A stretch of 64,000 nucleotides of DNA from positions 4,904 to 68,903 of the forward strand of contig JAGVLN010000008.1 of assembly GCA_020049805.1 (NCBI GenBank), read 5' to 3'. This document shows positions 10,133-19,355 of the stretch, piece after piece. This stretch comes from Rickettsiales bacterium (GTDB lineage Bacteria > Pseudomonadota > Alphaproteobacteria > Rickettsiales > JABSSG01). The notes beneath the pieces were generated by a model. The model was not told the DNA's origin. It did not search any database and worked only from the letters and a program-made list of their open reading frames with translations. The position numbers were made by a program, and so were the translations under genes. Every line of letters begins with the position of its first letter. The stretch's first letter is position 1.

Positions 10133-11479
10133 ATGTTTAATATTGTTATTGTTGGTAGGCCAAATGTAGGTAAGTCTACACTCTTTAATAGGTTGTCAAT
10201 TAACAATAAAGCAATTGTGCAAGATATTCCAGGAGTGACTCGCGATGTCAAAGAAGGGTTAGGACAATTAGGCAATCTTTCTTTTAGGCTTTTTGATACA
10301 GCTGGTCTTGATTTTCATGCTAAAAAAGATCCTATACTAATTAAAACTATTTCTCATACTGAAGGCATTATTAATAATGCAAAAGTGGTTTTATTTGTGG
10401 TAGATGGGAAAACTGGCCTTACCAACGAAGATAAAATTTATGCTGATTGGTTGCGTAAGAAAAGTATAGAGGTAATCCTACTTATAAATAAATGTGATAA
10501 CAGGGTGGCTATTAATAATGCTAGTGAGTTTTATACCTTAGGCTTTAAGCAAATGATTTCCATATCAGCAGAACATAACCAAGGTATGGGTGATTTATTA
10601 GTAATTTTGCAGAAAATTTTGGAACAGGAAGTAACTGAGGAGGCGCAAGCAATTAAGCCAATAAAAATTACTATTGTTGGTAGGCCAAATGTAGGTAAAT
10701 CTACATTTATAAATCAATTACTTGAACAAGAAAGATTATTAGCTGGACCAGAACCTGGCTTAACCAGAGATTCGATTGCCATTAATTGGCAATATCGCCA
10801 TCATTATTTACAGCTTATTGATACTGCAGGTATTAGAAAAAAAAATAGTATATATCAATTTCTTGAAAAACTTTCTGTTAGCCAATCTATCCAATCTATT
10901 AGATTAGCTGATATAGTAATTTTGATGGTTGATGTTACTATGCCTTTGGAAAAACAGGATTTAATCATAGCAAATATGGCATATGAAGAGGGAAAACCAG
11001 TAGTATTGGTTATTAATAAAGCTGATTTAATTCAGAATAAGCAAGAAGAGACACAAGAGATAATTTTTAAGTCCCAAAAGATGTTAGAACATTTAGGAAA
11101 AAGTAAGATTAGTTTTATTTCGGCTTTATACAAAACTCAACTTAACGAAGTAATTGATTCATGTGTTGAATTATATGAAAAATGGCAAATCCAAATTTCT
11201 ACAGCCAAGCTGAACAAATGGTTAGAAATTGCCATTACTAAACATGCTTTGCCATTACTGGAAGCTGGTAGAAGAGTGAGGATTAAATTTATTAATCAAG
11301 TAAAAAGTAAACCGCCAACTTTCCAATTATTTACAAATAGGCCTGATAAGGTAACCAAAAGCTATTTAAGATATTTGACCAATTCTCTGCGAGAGTACTT
11401 TAAATTAGATGGAGTCCCGATTAGATTTACTATGAAAAAAATTGAAAATCCTTATTCGGACCGCAAAGCTAAACATTAA
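10133..11479 (+). CDS. der: ribosome-associated GTPase Der/EngA
   Basis: 448 aa with two tandem GTPase domains, each with a GRPNVGKST P-loop and DTAG, plus a C-terminal KH-like domain. Confidence 0.95.
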   Translation: MFNIVIVGRPNVGKSTLFNRLSINNKAIVQDIPGVTRDVKEGLGQLGNLSFRLFDTAGLDFHAKKDPILIKTISHTEGIINNAKVVLFVVDGKTGLTNEDKIYADWLRKKSIEVILLINKCDNRVAINNASEFYTLGFKQMISISAEHNQGMGDLLVILQKILEQEVTEEAQAIKPIKITIVGRPNVGKSTFINQLLEQERLLAGPEPGLTRDSIAINWQYRHHYLQLIDTAGIRKKNSIYQFLEKLSVSQSIQSIRLADIVILMVDVTMPLEKQDLIIANMAYEEGKPVVLVINKADLIQNKQEETQEIIFKSQKMLEHLGKSKISFISALYKTQLNEVIDSCVELYEKWQIQISTAKLNKWLEIAITKHALPLLEAGRRVRIKFINQVKSKPPTFQLFTNRPDKVTKSYLRYLTNSLREYFKLDGVPIRFTMKKIENPYSDRKAKH

Positions 11480-11545
11480 GAGTTTATCATTGACTAAATG
11501 GGTCAGATTATATAAATTGATATTAATAATCATTATTAATTAAAC

Positions 11546-11872
11546 ATGGCTATTATATATCGAATTTTCTTTATTTTTTGTTTTAGTGTAAGCTCAGCCA
11601 ATGCTGAAGTTGAATATATAGATTTAGAAATCTCAAAACATACATTTATTCCTAAAATAATATATGCTTCAGTTAATAAAATAATTAAAATTAGGGTTGC
11701 AAACTTAGATTCTACTATTGAAGAATTTGAGAGCTTTGATTTAAAACGGGAAAAAATCGTGCCAGCGAATGGTAGTATTACAGTGATTGTAGGACCACTT
11801 TCTCCTGGAGAGTACAGTTTTTTTGGGGAATTTCACCCAGAAACAGCACAAGGTAAATTGATAGTAAAATAA
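11546..11872 (+). CDS. periplasmic cupredoxin-like protein partnered with the FTR1 permease
   Basis: 108 aa with a signal peptide (FFIFCFSVSSANA/EVE). The small beta-rich domain ends ...GEYSFFGEFHPETAQGKLIVK, as in cupredoxin-like proteins encoded beside FTR1 permeases. Its stop is 1 nt from the permease start. Confidence 0.55.
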   Translation: MAIIYRIFFIFCFSVSSANAEVEYIDLEISKHTFIPKIIYASVNKIIKIRVANLDSTIEEFESFDLKREKIVPANGSITVIVGPLSPGEYSFFGEFHPETAQGKLIVK

Positions 11873-11873
11873 T

Positions 11874-12680
11874 ATGTTGCAGATTTTTATTATAGTTTTT
11901 CGAGAAATATTAGAAATTTCGGTTATTATAGGTTTAGTGCTTGCTGCGACTAAGGGATTAAAAAATCGCAATAAGTGGGTAATTTGCGGCATATTATTTG
12001 GTTTATTAGGTTCAATATTAATCGCTTTATTTACTTCTAACATTTCAAACGCTATTGAAGGCCAGGGGCAAGAGGTCTTTAATGCCATAATAATTTCTAT
12101 AATTACTATTTTACTTATTTGGACAGTAGTATGGATGAAATCTCATGGGCAAAATATAACTAAAAAAATTAAACATGTTAGCCAGAAAATTCACGAAGGC
12201 GAATCATCGTTTATACCATTAATGTTCGTTATTGCTTCAACAATTTTTCGAGAAGGAGCAGAAATTGTATTATTTGCTTATGGCTCATATGCGGCACATA
12301 ATTTAAGTTTAGTTAATATAATGATAGGAGCTGGGGGAGGTTTAGTTGTTGGTAGTATAGTAGGTATAACAATTTATCAAGGACTAATTTGTTTTACGGG
12401 GAAATATATCTTCCAGGTAACAGCATTATTGTTGAGCTTTATCGCAGCGGGAATGGCTTCTCAAGCAATTAATTTTCTACATGCTAGTGGATTGCTTAAT
12501 ATATTTTCATATACTTTGTGGAATAGTTCTAACCTTATTGCTGATTCTAGTATTCTTGGGCAGTTCTTAAATATATTGCTGGGTTATGATTCACAACCAA
12601 CGGTTATGCAAGTCATAGTATATTGTAGTACTTTATTAGTAATATATTTATTGATTAAATTACAATCTAAATCTAGTTAA
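11874..12680 (+). CDS. FTR1/EfeU-family high-affinity iron permease
   Basis: 268 aa polytopic protein with two REXXE motifs (REILE near the N-terminus, REGAE mid-protein), the hallmark of the FTR1 family. Confidence 0.8.
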   Translation: MLQIFIIVFREILEISVIIGLVLAATKGLKNRNKWVICGILFGLLGSILIALFTSNISNAIEGQGQEVFNAIIISIITILLIWTVVWMKSHGQNITKKIKHVSQKIHEGESSFIPLMFVIASTIFREGAEIVLFAYGSYAAHNLSLVNIMIGAGGGLVVGSIVGITIYQGLICFTGKYIFQVTALLLSFIAAGMASQAINFLHASGLLNIFSYTLWNSSNLIADSSILGQFLNILLGYDSQPTVMQVIVYCSTLLVIYLLIKLQSKSS

Positions 12681-13830
12681 TAGATTTTTTTCCCTTTTTA
12701 TTGTCTACAGATTTGTTTATATTTTGCTCCAGTAATTCAAAACATTCCTTACCAATAGGGCTGCCATTATCTGCGCTAATTTTATACCATTTTAGCGCTT
12801 CGGCAGTATTTACCTCAACTCCTCTACCTTGCTCATACATTGAACCAATACTTGCTTGAGCTGATTCATCACCTTTTTCGGCAGCTAAATTATACCATTT
12901 AAATGCTTCCTTATAATCTGGGGCTATATCATCATAACCACTATCATACATAGAACCTAAATTATACATAGCCTTAGCATTACCAGCTTCAGCAGCAAGT
13001 TTGTAGAATTTAAAAGCCTCTGATAAATTTTTATCTATTCCTAATCCTGCCTCGTAAAACAAGCCAAGGTTATTTTGGGCATCAGTATTTCCTTGTGCGG
13101 CCGATAATTTAAACCAACTTAATGCTTGTTTGAGGTCGCGTTCAACCCCTATACCTGATGCATATTTTTCTCCAAGAGTAAACTGTGCCTTATCGTTACC
13201 ATTTTCTGCTGCAAATTTATAACATTCGATGGCATATATAAGATTGGGAGAAATACCAATTCCATTTTCGAGCATTAAACCTAAATTATAGCCAGCTTCT
13301 GTATTGCCTTGAGCAGCGCTGGTGTAAAAGCAATTATATGCTTCAGTACTATTTGCTTCAACACCTCTACCATTTAGGTACATATAACCCAATCTTACTA
13401 AAGATTTTAACTCCCCTTTTGCAGCGGCCGATTTATATAAATTAAAAGCTTCTTTTAAATTTTGTGGTGCTATTATTCCTAGCTCATAAATATATCCAAG
13501 GTTATATTCTGCTGCGGCATTGCCACCTTGAACACTCTTTTTAAGCCAGTCTAGGCCTTCTTCAATATTTTGAGGTATCTTGTTACCTGTAACTAAATAG
13601 CTACCAAAGGTGCATTGTGCTAGTGAATTGCCCTTTTCAGCTGCATATTTATAAAGCTTTAAAGCCTCAATATCATTTTGTTTTACCCCAACACCGTGCT
13701 CATACATTAATGCTAAAATACATGATATATTTAGGTTGCCATTTTGCGACTCTTGTAGGATATAAGGTAATGCATTTACTAGATCACCTTTCTCATAATT
13801 TTGTTTAGCTTGATTATAAGATATTTCCAT
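12673..13830 (-). CDS. Sel1-like repeat (SLR/TPR-like) protein
   Basis: 385 aa made almost entirely of about 36-aa Sel1 repeats (A..WY.KAA.QGN..AQ..LG.MY..G.GV..N...A). No N-terminal signal peptide is visible. Confidence 0.9.
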   Translation of the reverse strand: MEISYNQAKQNYEKGDLVNALPYILQESQNGNLNISCILALMYEHGVGVKQNDIEALKLYKYAAEKGNSLAQCTFGSYLVTGNKIPQNIEEGLDWLKKSVQGGNAAAEYNLGYIYELGIIAPQNLKEAFNLYKSAAAKGELKSLVRLGYMYLNGRGVEANSTEAYNCFYTSAAQGNTEAGYNLGLMLENGIGISPNLIYAIECYKFAAENGNDKAQFTLGEKYASGIGVERDLKQALSWFKLSAAQGNTDAQNNLGLFYEAGLGIDKNLSEAFKFYKLAAEAGNAKAMYNLGSMYDSGYDDIAPDYKEAFKWYNLAAEKGDESAQASIGSMYEQGRGVEVNTAEALKWYKISADNGSPIGKECFELLEQNINKSVDNKKGKKSIN

Positions 13831-13896
13831 AGTTAATCTCGTAAAGTATTTTATAATTATTGTATCTTTGTTGTGTAACTAATCAATAAGATACTG

Positions 13897-14232
13897 CTAA
13901 TTATTTAAATAGAGAGTAATTTGAGCAGAAGCAGCGAGGTTTTTAAGTTTTTTATATATTATGTTGTTACCAGTAAATAATATATTTCTAATTTTTCCCT
14001 TTAATGCTAAATGACAAATAGCTGCATCATCTTGAACATTAAGCAAGAATTTTTTATAGACTTCGGGATAAGTGTGGGAAGCTAATTCTACCATATGTTC
14101 TATATATAGGAGGCCCATATAAAAAATAGCTGTTGGGGGAGTAGTGATAATCTCAGAATTTGTTCTTAAAGCTGCTAGTAATTCTTCAAGATTATTTATA
14201 ATAACTACTTGGTTTAAGCTAATTGCTGTCAT
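13897..14232 (-). CDS. small conserved hypothetical protein downstream of pgk
   Basis: 111 aa. The pattern VV...L.E.LAAL......I.T.P.A..Y.G..Y...MVELA...P.......L...DD....HLAL.G....I.F.G.....KL..LA resembles an unnamed roughly 110-aa alphaproteobacterial family I recall. It is co-directional with tkt-gap-pgk and starts 7 nt after the pgk stop. Confidence 0.5.
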   Translation of the reverse strand: MTAISLNQVVIINNLEELLAALRTNSEIITTPPTAIFYMGLLYIEHMVELASHTYPEVYKKFLLNVQDDAAICHLALKGKIRNILFTGNNIIYKKLKNLAASAQITLYLNN

Positions 14233-14239
14233 ATGTTAT

Positions 14240-15436
14240 TTATTTGCACAATACTTCAACGCCAGGTAAAATTTTACCTTCTATCCATTCAAGAAATGCA
14301 CCACCGCCAGTCGAGGTGTAAGTAAAATTATCACAAAGTCCAGCATTAGTAACAGCTGAAACTACATCTCCTCCACCTACAATGCTGATTAATTTTTTTT
14401 CTGAAGTTAATTCAGAAATGGCTTGAGCAATCGTAACAGTACCTATATCAAAAGGTTTGTGTTCAAACGCTCCTAACGGCCCATTCCAAATTACAGTTTT
14501 GTGTTCTTCTAAGGCTGTAATTAAATTCATTAAGCTTTTAGGCCCAATATCAAAAATCATATCATCATTACCAACTTTATCTGATTTCACAACTTTACAT
14601 TTAACATCATGGTTAAGAAGCTTTGAGGTTACCACATCGGTTGGTAAAATGATTTTACAACCTTTTTCTTTAGCTTGTTTTAAAATATTTTTTGCTGTTT
14701 CAAGATAATCTTTTTCGAATTTGGATTTGCCGATATTACATTCTTGAACATGTAAAAAAGTATTTGCCATTGCTCCTGCTATAAAAATGGTATTTACCTT
14801 TGCTATTAAGGAAGTAAGCAGCTCTATTTTAGTAGATACTTTAGATCCACCAACAATAGCTAATATAGGATGAGCAGGTTGTTCCAAATATTTTTTTAAA
14901 TTGTCTAATTCTTCTTGCAGTAATAATCCAGCGCCACTTGGTAGTAAATTAGCTAAAGCGCATATAGAAGCATGGGCCCTATGTGAGCAAGAAAATGTAT
15001 CGTTAATATACACTTCGCCTAAACTTGCAATATGCTTTGCAAATTCTAAATCATTTTCTTCCTCTCCTGCATGAAAACGTAAGTTTTCCATTAAAATGAT
15101 TTCACCAGGTTTTAAATTGGTTATATCATTTTTGACTGAAGTAGCTAATACATCAACACCGAATTTTATTTCTTTATTATCTAGAATTTGACTAAGTGTA
15201 TCAGTTAAAGGGGATAATGACATATCAATTGTGAATTTACCATTTGGTCTCCCATAATGAGATAAAAGCACTATTTTAGCATTCCGAGCTAATAAATACT
15301 CTATAGTAGGTATTACTCTTTTAATACGTGTTATATCTGTAACTTTACCATGAATTATAGGTACATTTAAATCTATTCTCAGAAGAATAGTTTTATTCTG
15401 TACATCCAAATCTGATAATTTACGAAAATTTTTCAT
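14240..15436 (-). CDS. pgk: phosphoglycerate kinase
   Basis: 398 aa. Typical PGK N-terminus (K.VL.R.DLNVP...G...D..RI) and C-terminal STGGGA.LE...G..LPG. Confidence 0.97.
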   Translation of the reverse strand: MKNFRKLSDLDVQNKTILLRIDLNVPIIHGKVTDITRIKRVIPTIEYLLARNAKIVLLSHYGRPNGKFTIDMSLSPLTDTLSQILDNKEIKFGVDVLATSVKNDITNLKPGEIILMENLRFHAGEEENDLEFAKHIASLGEVYINDTFSCSHRAHASICALANLLPSGAGLLLQEELDNLKKYLEQPAHPILAIVGGSKVSTKIELLTSLIAKVNTIFIAGAMANTFLHVQECNIGKSKFEKDYLETAKNILKQAKEKGCKIILPTDVVTSKLLNHDVKCKVVKSDKVGNDDMIFDIGPKSLMNLITALEEHKTVIWNGPLGAFEHKPFDIGTVTIAQAISELTSEKKLISIVGGGDVVSAVTNAGLCDNFTYTSTGGGAFLEWIEGKILPGVEVLCK

Positions 15437-15447
15437 TTCTAACTTGA

Positions 15448-16446
15448 TTAGATATTAAATAATTTTGCTACATCGATCATTCTTACGGCGAATCCCCATT
15501 CATTATCATACCAAGAAACTACTCTCACTAATTTATTATTAATTACTTGAGTTTCAAAAGGATCAAAGATTGAGCTATGAGGATTATGATTAAAATCGAT
15601 AGAGACTAAAGTAGTTTCTGTTATTGCAATTATATCTTTAAAGCTAGATTTTGCCGCTTCTGCGATATATTGATTTATCTCATTCTTATTGGTATTACGT
15701 TTAGCGTTAAATACGAAATCTATTAATGATACATTAGGGGTCGGTACTCTGACTGCAGAACCTCCAAGCTTACCAGAAAGTTCTGGAATGACTAGGCCTA
15801 TAGCCTTAGCTGCGCCAGTAGAAGTCGGGATCATTGATAATGCACAAGCCCGTGCGCGTCTGGGATCTTTGTGGCGATTATCTAATAAGTTTTGATCATT
15901 AGTATAAGAATGAATAGTTGTCATGTAGCCATCTTCTATCCCTATATTATCATTTAATATCTTAGCTATAGGGGCAAGAGCATTAGTTGTACAAGATCCA
16001 ATAGAAATTACTTCACATTCTTTAGTTAATGCTTGGTTGTTTACCCCATATACTATTGTTGCGTCTGCATCTTGACATGGTGCTGATACTATTACTTTTT
16101 TTGCGCCGGCTTTCAAATGTTTACTGGCATCAAGTTTATTAGTAAATTTACCCGTACATTCCAGAACAATATCTACATTCAATTTATCCCAAGGAATTAA
16201 TTCAGGGTTTGTTTCTGATAATATTTTTATTTTATTTTTACCTATGTGGATGTAGCCATTCTCACATTTAATCTCATTGTTATATGTTCCATGAACAGAA
16301 TCATATTTGAGTAAAGAAATATAGTCTTCGGGTTTGGTGGTGCCATTAGCTGCAACAATTTCTATACCTGATTTGTTTAATTCAGCTGCGGCACGAATAA
16401 TACACCTACCTATTCTGCCTAAACCATTAATTGCTAATCTAATCAT
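15448..16446 (-). CDS. gap: glyceraldehyde-3-phosphate dehydrogenase
   Basis: INGLGRIGR NAD-binding N-terminus, catalytic SCTTNALAP and WYDNEWG. I prefer the second Met (MIRLAINGLGRIGR, ATG at 16446) over the track start at 16458. That start gives an ATGATTAG overlap with the tkt stop. Confidence 0.96.
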   Translation of the reverse strand: MIRLAINGLGRIGRCIIRAAAELNKSGIEIVAANGTTKPEDYISLLKYDSVHGTYNNEIKCENGYIHIGKNKIKILSETNPELIPWDKLNVDIVLECTGKFTNKLDASKHLKAGAKKVIVSAPCQDADATIVYGVNNQALTKECEVISIGSCTTNALAPIAKILNDNIGIEDGYMTTIHSYTNDQNLLDNRHKDPRRARACALSMIPTSTGAAKAIGLVIPELSGKLGGSAVRVPTPNVSLIDFVFNAKRNTNKNEINQYIAEAAKSSFKDIIAITETTLVSIDFNHNPHSSIFDPFETQVINNKLVRVVSWYDNEWGFAVRMIDVAKLFNI

Positions 16447-18454
16447 GTTTGCAATCACCTCTTAATTTTATTTTGGTAATAATACGTTGGACAATATTAT
16501 TAGTATTAATATTAAAATGGTCAAATAATTTTGAAGCAGGAGCAGAAGCACCGAAATTTTCCATACCTATGAAAATTCCATGTGGGCCAATATATTTATC
16601 CCAACCAATTGATATACCGGCTTCTACTGCTACTTTAATACTATCATTACATAAAATATTAGTTATATACTCTGAAGTTTGTTTGTCAAATAATTCCATA
16701 CAAGGAACAGAAACAACTCTGGTGCCAATTTTGTTTTGTTCTAAAATATTTTTTGCTGATAATGCAATAGCTACTTCAGAGCCAGAAGCAAAAATAGTAA
16801 CATCTAATTTGTTATTAAATTCTGCAATAATATATGCGCCTTTAGAGGATAAATTTTCTGCACTATCAACTGCACGAACAGTTTCTAAATTTTGCCTAGA
16901 TAAAGCTATTACAGAAGGTGCGTTAGTGGATTTGATGGCTATTTCCCAGCATTCTATAGTTTCAATAGCGTCAGCAGGACGCATAACTAGCAAATTTGGG
17001 ATAGTTCTAAGGGAAGATAAATGTTCTATTGGTTGGTGGGTTGGCCCATCTTCTCCTAAACCTATAGAGTCGTGAGTTAATACGTAAATTACGCGCAATT
17101 CCATTAATGCTGATAACCTAATGGCTGGACGAGCATAGTCACTAAACACCAAGAATGTACCTCCATATGGTATAATTCCGCCATAAATTGATAATCCATT
17201 CATAATCGCAGCCATAGCGTGCTCACGCACCCCATAATAAATATAACGTCCATTAAAATCATCTCTGGTTACGGGTATAGTTGAAGATGTTTTAGTAAGA
17301 TTAGAAGCTGTTAGGTCAGCTGAGCCTCCTATGAGTTCAGGAATAGATTTAGTTAGTAATTCTAATATATTATGGGATGATTTACGTGAAGCTTCAGTGG
17401 GCTTATTAATAAAAGCTTGGTGTTTCGCTTGCTTAATTATGCTGGTGAGTGTTTCTGGTATAAAATCATGGTTGGCTATTTTCTTTAGCATTGATTGTTT
17501 ACTAGAAGATAATTTTGATAATTTCTCAACCCATTTATTATAATAAGAAATAGATTTTTGTCCTATATCTCGCCATGTATTAAGTAGGTGAGGTGGTATA
17601 TAAAAATGCTCAATTTTATCCCAACCGTAAGAACTTTTTACTGCATACACTTCCTTTTCTCCTAAACAACTGCCGTGCGCTTCTGCAGAGCCAGCTTTAT
17701 TTGGAGAACCATAAGCGATTATTGTTTTGCAAGCAATTATTGAAGGTAAAGAACTGTTTTTAGCATTATGTAAAGCTTTGCTAATTTGCAAATGATTATG
17801 GCCATCAATTTCTTGAGTATACCAACCTGCAGCTTTAAATCTCATTAGTTGATTGTCAGAATCTGATAAGCCTTTGTTACCATCTATTGTGATTTCATTA
17901 TCATCAAATAGGACGATCAATTTATTTAATTTAAGATTTCCTGCAAAAGAAATAGCTTCATGAGATATACCTTCCATCAAACAACCATCTCCAACTATAA
18001 CATAGGTATAATGATCAATAATATCTGTCTCTAATTTACTAGAATGAATTTTTTCTGCCAAAGCGATGCCAACAGCATTAGCAAGGCCCTGTCCAAGTGG
18101 TCCTGTAGATGTTTCAACACCAGCAGTATGTTTATATTCTGGATGACCTGGTGTTTTGCTATTCAATTGCCGAAAATTCTTTAATTCATCTAAAGTCATT
18201 TCTGGATAGCCAGTTAAATATAGTAAGGAATACAGCAACATAGATCCATGACCGGCTGATAAGATTAATCGATCACGGTTTAACCATTGAGGGTCATCAG
18301 GATTAAATTTAAGAAATTCTGCAAATAATACTGTTGCTACATCAGCCATACCCATTGGCATACCTGGATGTCCTGATTTTGCGTTTTCGACACTATCCAT
18401 TGATAACGCCCTAATACAGTTAGCTAGTTCTTTATATTGTATTGAATTACTCAT
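16439..18454 (-). CDS. tkt: transketolase
   Basis: 671 aa. SGHPG.P.G.A and the TPP motif GDGC.MEG, with full-length similarity to bacterial Tkt. Confidence 0.97.
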   Translation of the reverse strand: MSNSIQYKELANCIRALSMDSVENAKSGHPGMPMGMADVATVLFAEFLKFNPDDPQWLNRDRLILSAGHGSMLLYSLLYLTGYPEMTLDELKNFRQLNSKTPGHPEYKHTAGVETSTGPLGQGLANAVGIALAEKIHSSKLETDIIDHYTYVIVGDGCLMEGISHEAISFAGNLKLNKLIVLFDDNEITIDGNKGLSDSDNQLMRFKAAGWYTQEIDGHNHLQISKALHNAKNSSLPSIIACKTIIAYGSPNKAGSAEAHGSCLGEKEVYAVKSSYGWDKIEHFYIPPHLLNTWRDIGQKSISYYNKWVEKLSKLSSSKQSMLKKIANHDFIPETLTSIIKQAKHQAFINKPTEASRKSSHNILELLTKSIPELIGGSADLTASNLTKTSSTIPVTRDDFNGRYIYYGVREHAMAAIMNGLSIYGGIIPYGGTFLVFSDYARPAIRLSALMELRVIYVLTHDSIGLGEDGPTHQPIEHLSSLRTIPNLLVMRPADAIETIECWEIAIKSTNAPSVIALSRQNLETVRAVDSAENLSSKGAYIIAEFNNKLDVTIFASGSEVAIALSAKNILEQNKIGTRVVSVPCMELFDKQTSEYITNILCNDSIKVAVEAGISIGWDKYIGPHGIFIGMENFGASAPASKLFDHFNINTNNIVQRIITKIKLRGDCKHD

Positions 18455-18548
18455 ATAGTTGCAGTTGTTGAATTAGTGAAGTACAATATAATACAAGATT
18501 TATTAATAATTACAATTTTTTTAGGAAATTAACCTTAAGAGGCAATAA

Positions 18549-19355
18549 ATGAAAAAAATTTCTTCGTTTTTCGAAATAATATATTTGTCATTTTTTTCGG
18601 CAGAATTTTATCGGGATGTTTATAATAATTTACAAGGTAAAAAATTGAATTATTTACTCCGCTTAGTAGCTTTTGTTGCCCTAGTTATGGCGATAATTGA
18701 AAGTGCAAATATTTGGATTAATTTTAATCAATTCGATTCTACTAAAACTATTGATAATATACTTAATCAAGTACCTACAATGGTAATAAAAAATAAGGAG
18801 CTACAAATATTAAATAAAAATGTTGAAGGCCCAATTTTTGTACGTAATAGCGAAGGAAAAATATTAGTTATTATTGATGATCAAGCAAAAGACAATAAGT
18901 ATCAATCAGAGAATGCACCATTAGTTGTTATTAAAACAGGAATGTTTTTATCAGATCGAGATCAAATTAGATTTAGCTCTATGATGGATAAAGATGAGTT
19001 AATAGTTACGCATGAGGTCATTATTCAATATTGGCAAAAAACTTTAGAAATCTTTAAATTAATCCTACCTTTTATATTGTTTGTCATAACATTTTTAGAA
19101 CTAAGTATTGGCACAATATTTTATGCATTAATTTTTGCCGGAATAGTTTTATTAACACATAAAATTATGCAATATAAAAATATTTCTTTTGAGCCATTAT
19201 TTCGTTTAGCTATATTTGCAAGTTTTCCTTCTATAATAGCTATGATTCCTTTGTTTTTTATGCCTGCGTTAAGCCCAAGTTGGATTTATTTGGCCTACTT
19301 ATTTTTTGCTTACTATAATGCTCTATATGCTAATAAGAAAGGTTTAGAGGGATAA
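18549..19355 (+). CDS. DUF1189/YvdJ-like integral membrane protein
   Basis: 268 aa. The N-terminus (F..I..S.FS.EFY..V.....GK...YLL.L) and topology resemble DUF1189 as I recall it. Function unknown. Confidence 0.45.
   Translation: MKKISSFFEIIYLSFFSAEFYRDVYNNLQGKKLNYLLRLVAFVALVMAIIESANIWINFNQFDSTKTIDNILNQVPTMVIKNKELQILNKNVEGPIFVRNSEGKILVIIDDQAKDNKYQSENAPLVVIKTGMFLSDRDQIRFSSMMDKDELIVTHEVIIQYWQKTLEIFKLILPFILFVITFLELSIGTIFYALIFAGIVLLTHKIMQYKNISFEPLFRLAIFASFPSIIAMIPLFFMPALSPSWIYLAYLFFAYYNALYANKKGLEG

Noticed and set aside
16449-17075. 208-aa plus-strand ORF
   Set aside because: It is fully antisense to transketolase. The translation is hydrophobic and low-complexity with no motifs, which is typical of a shadow ORF.
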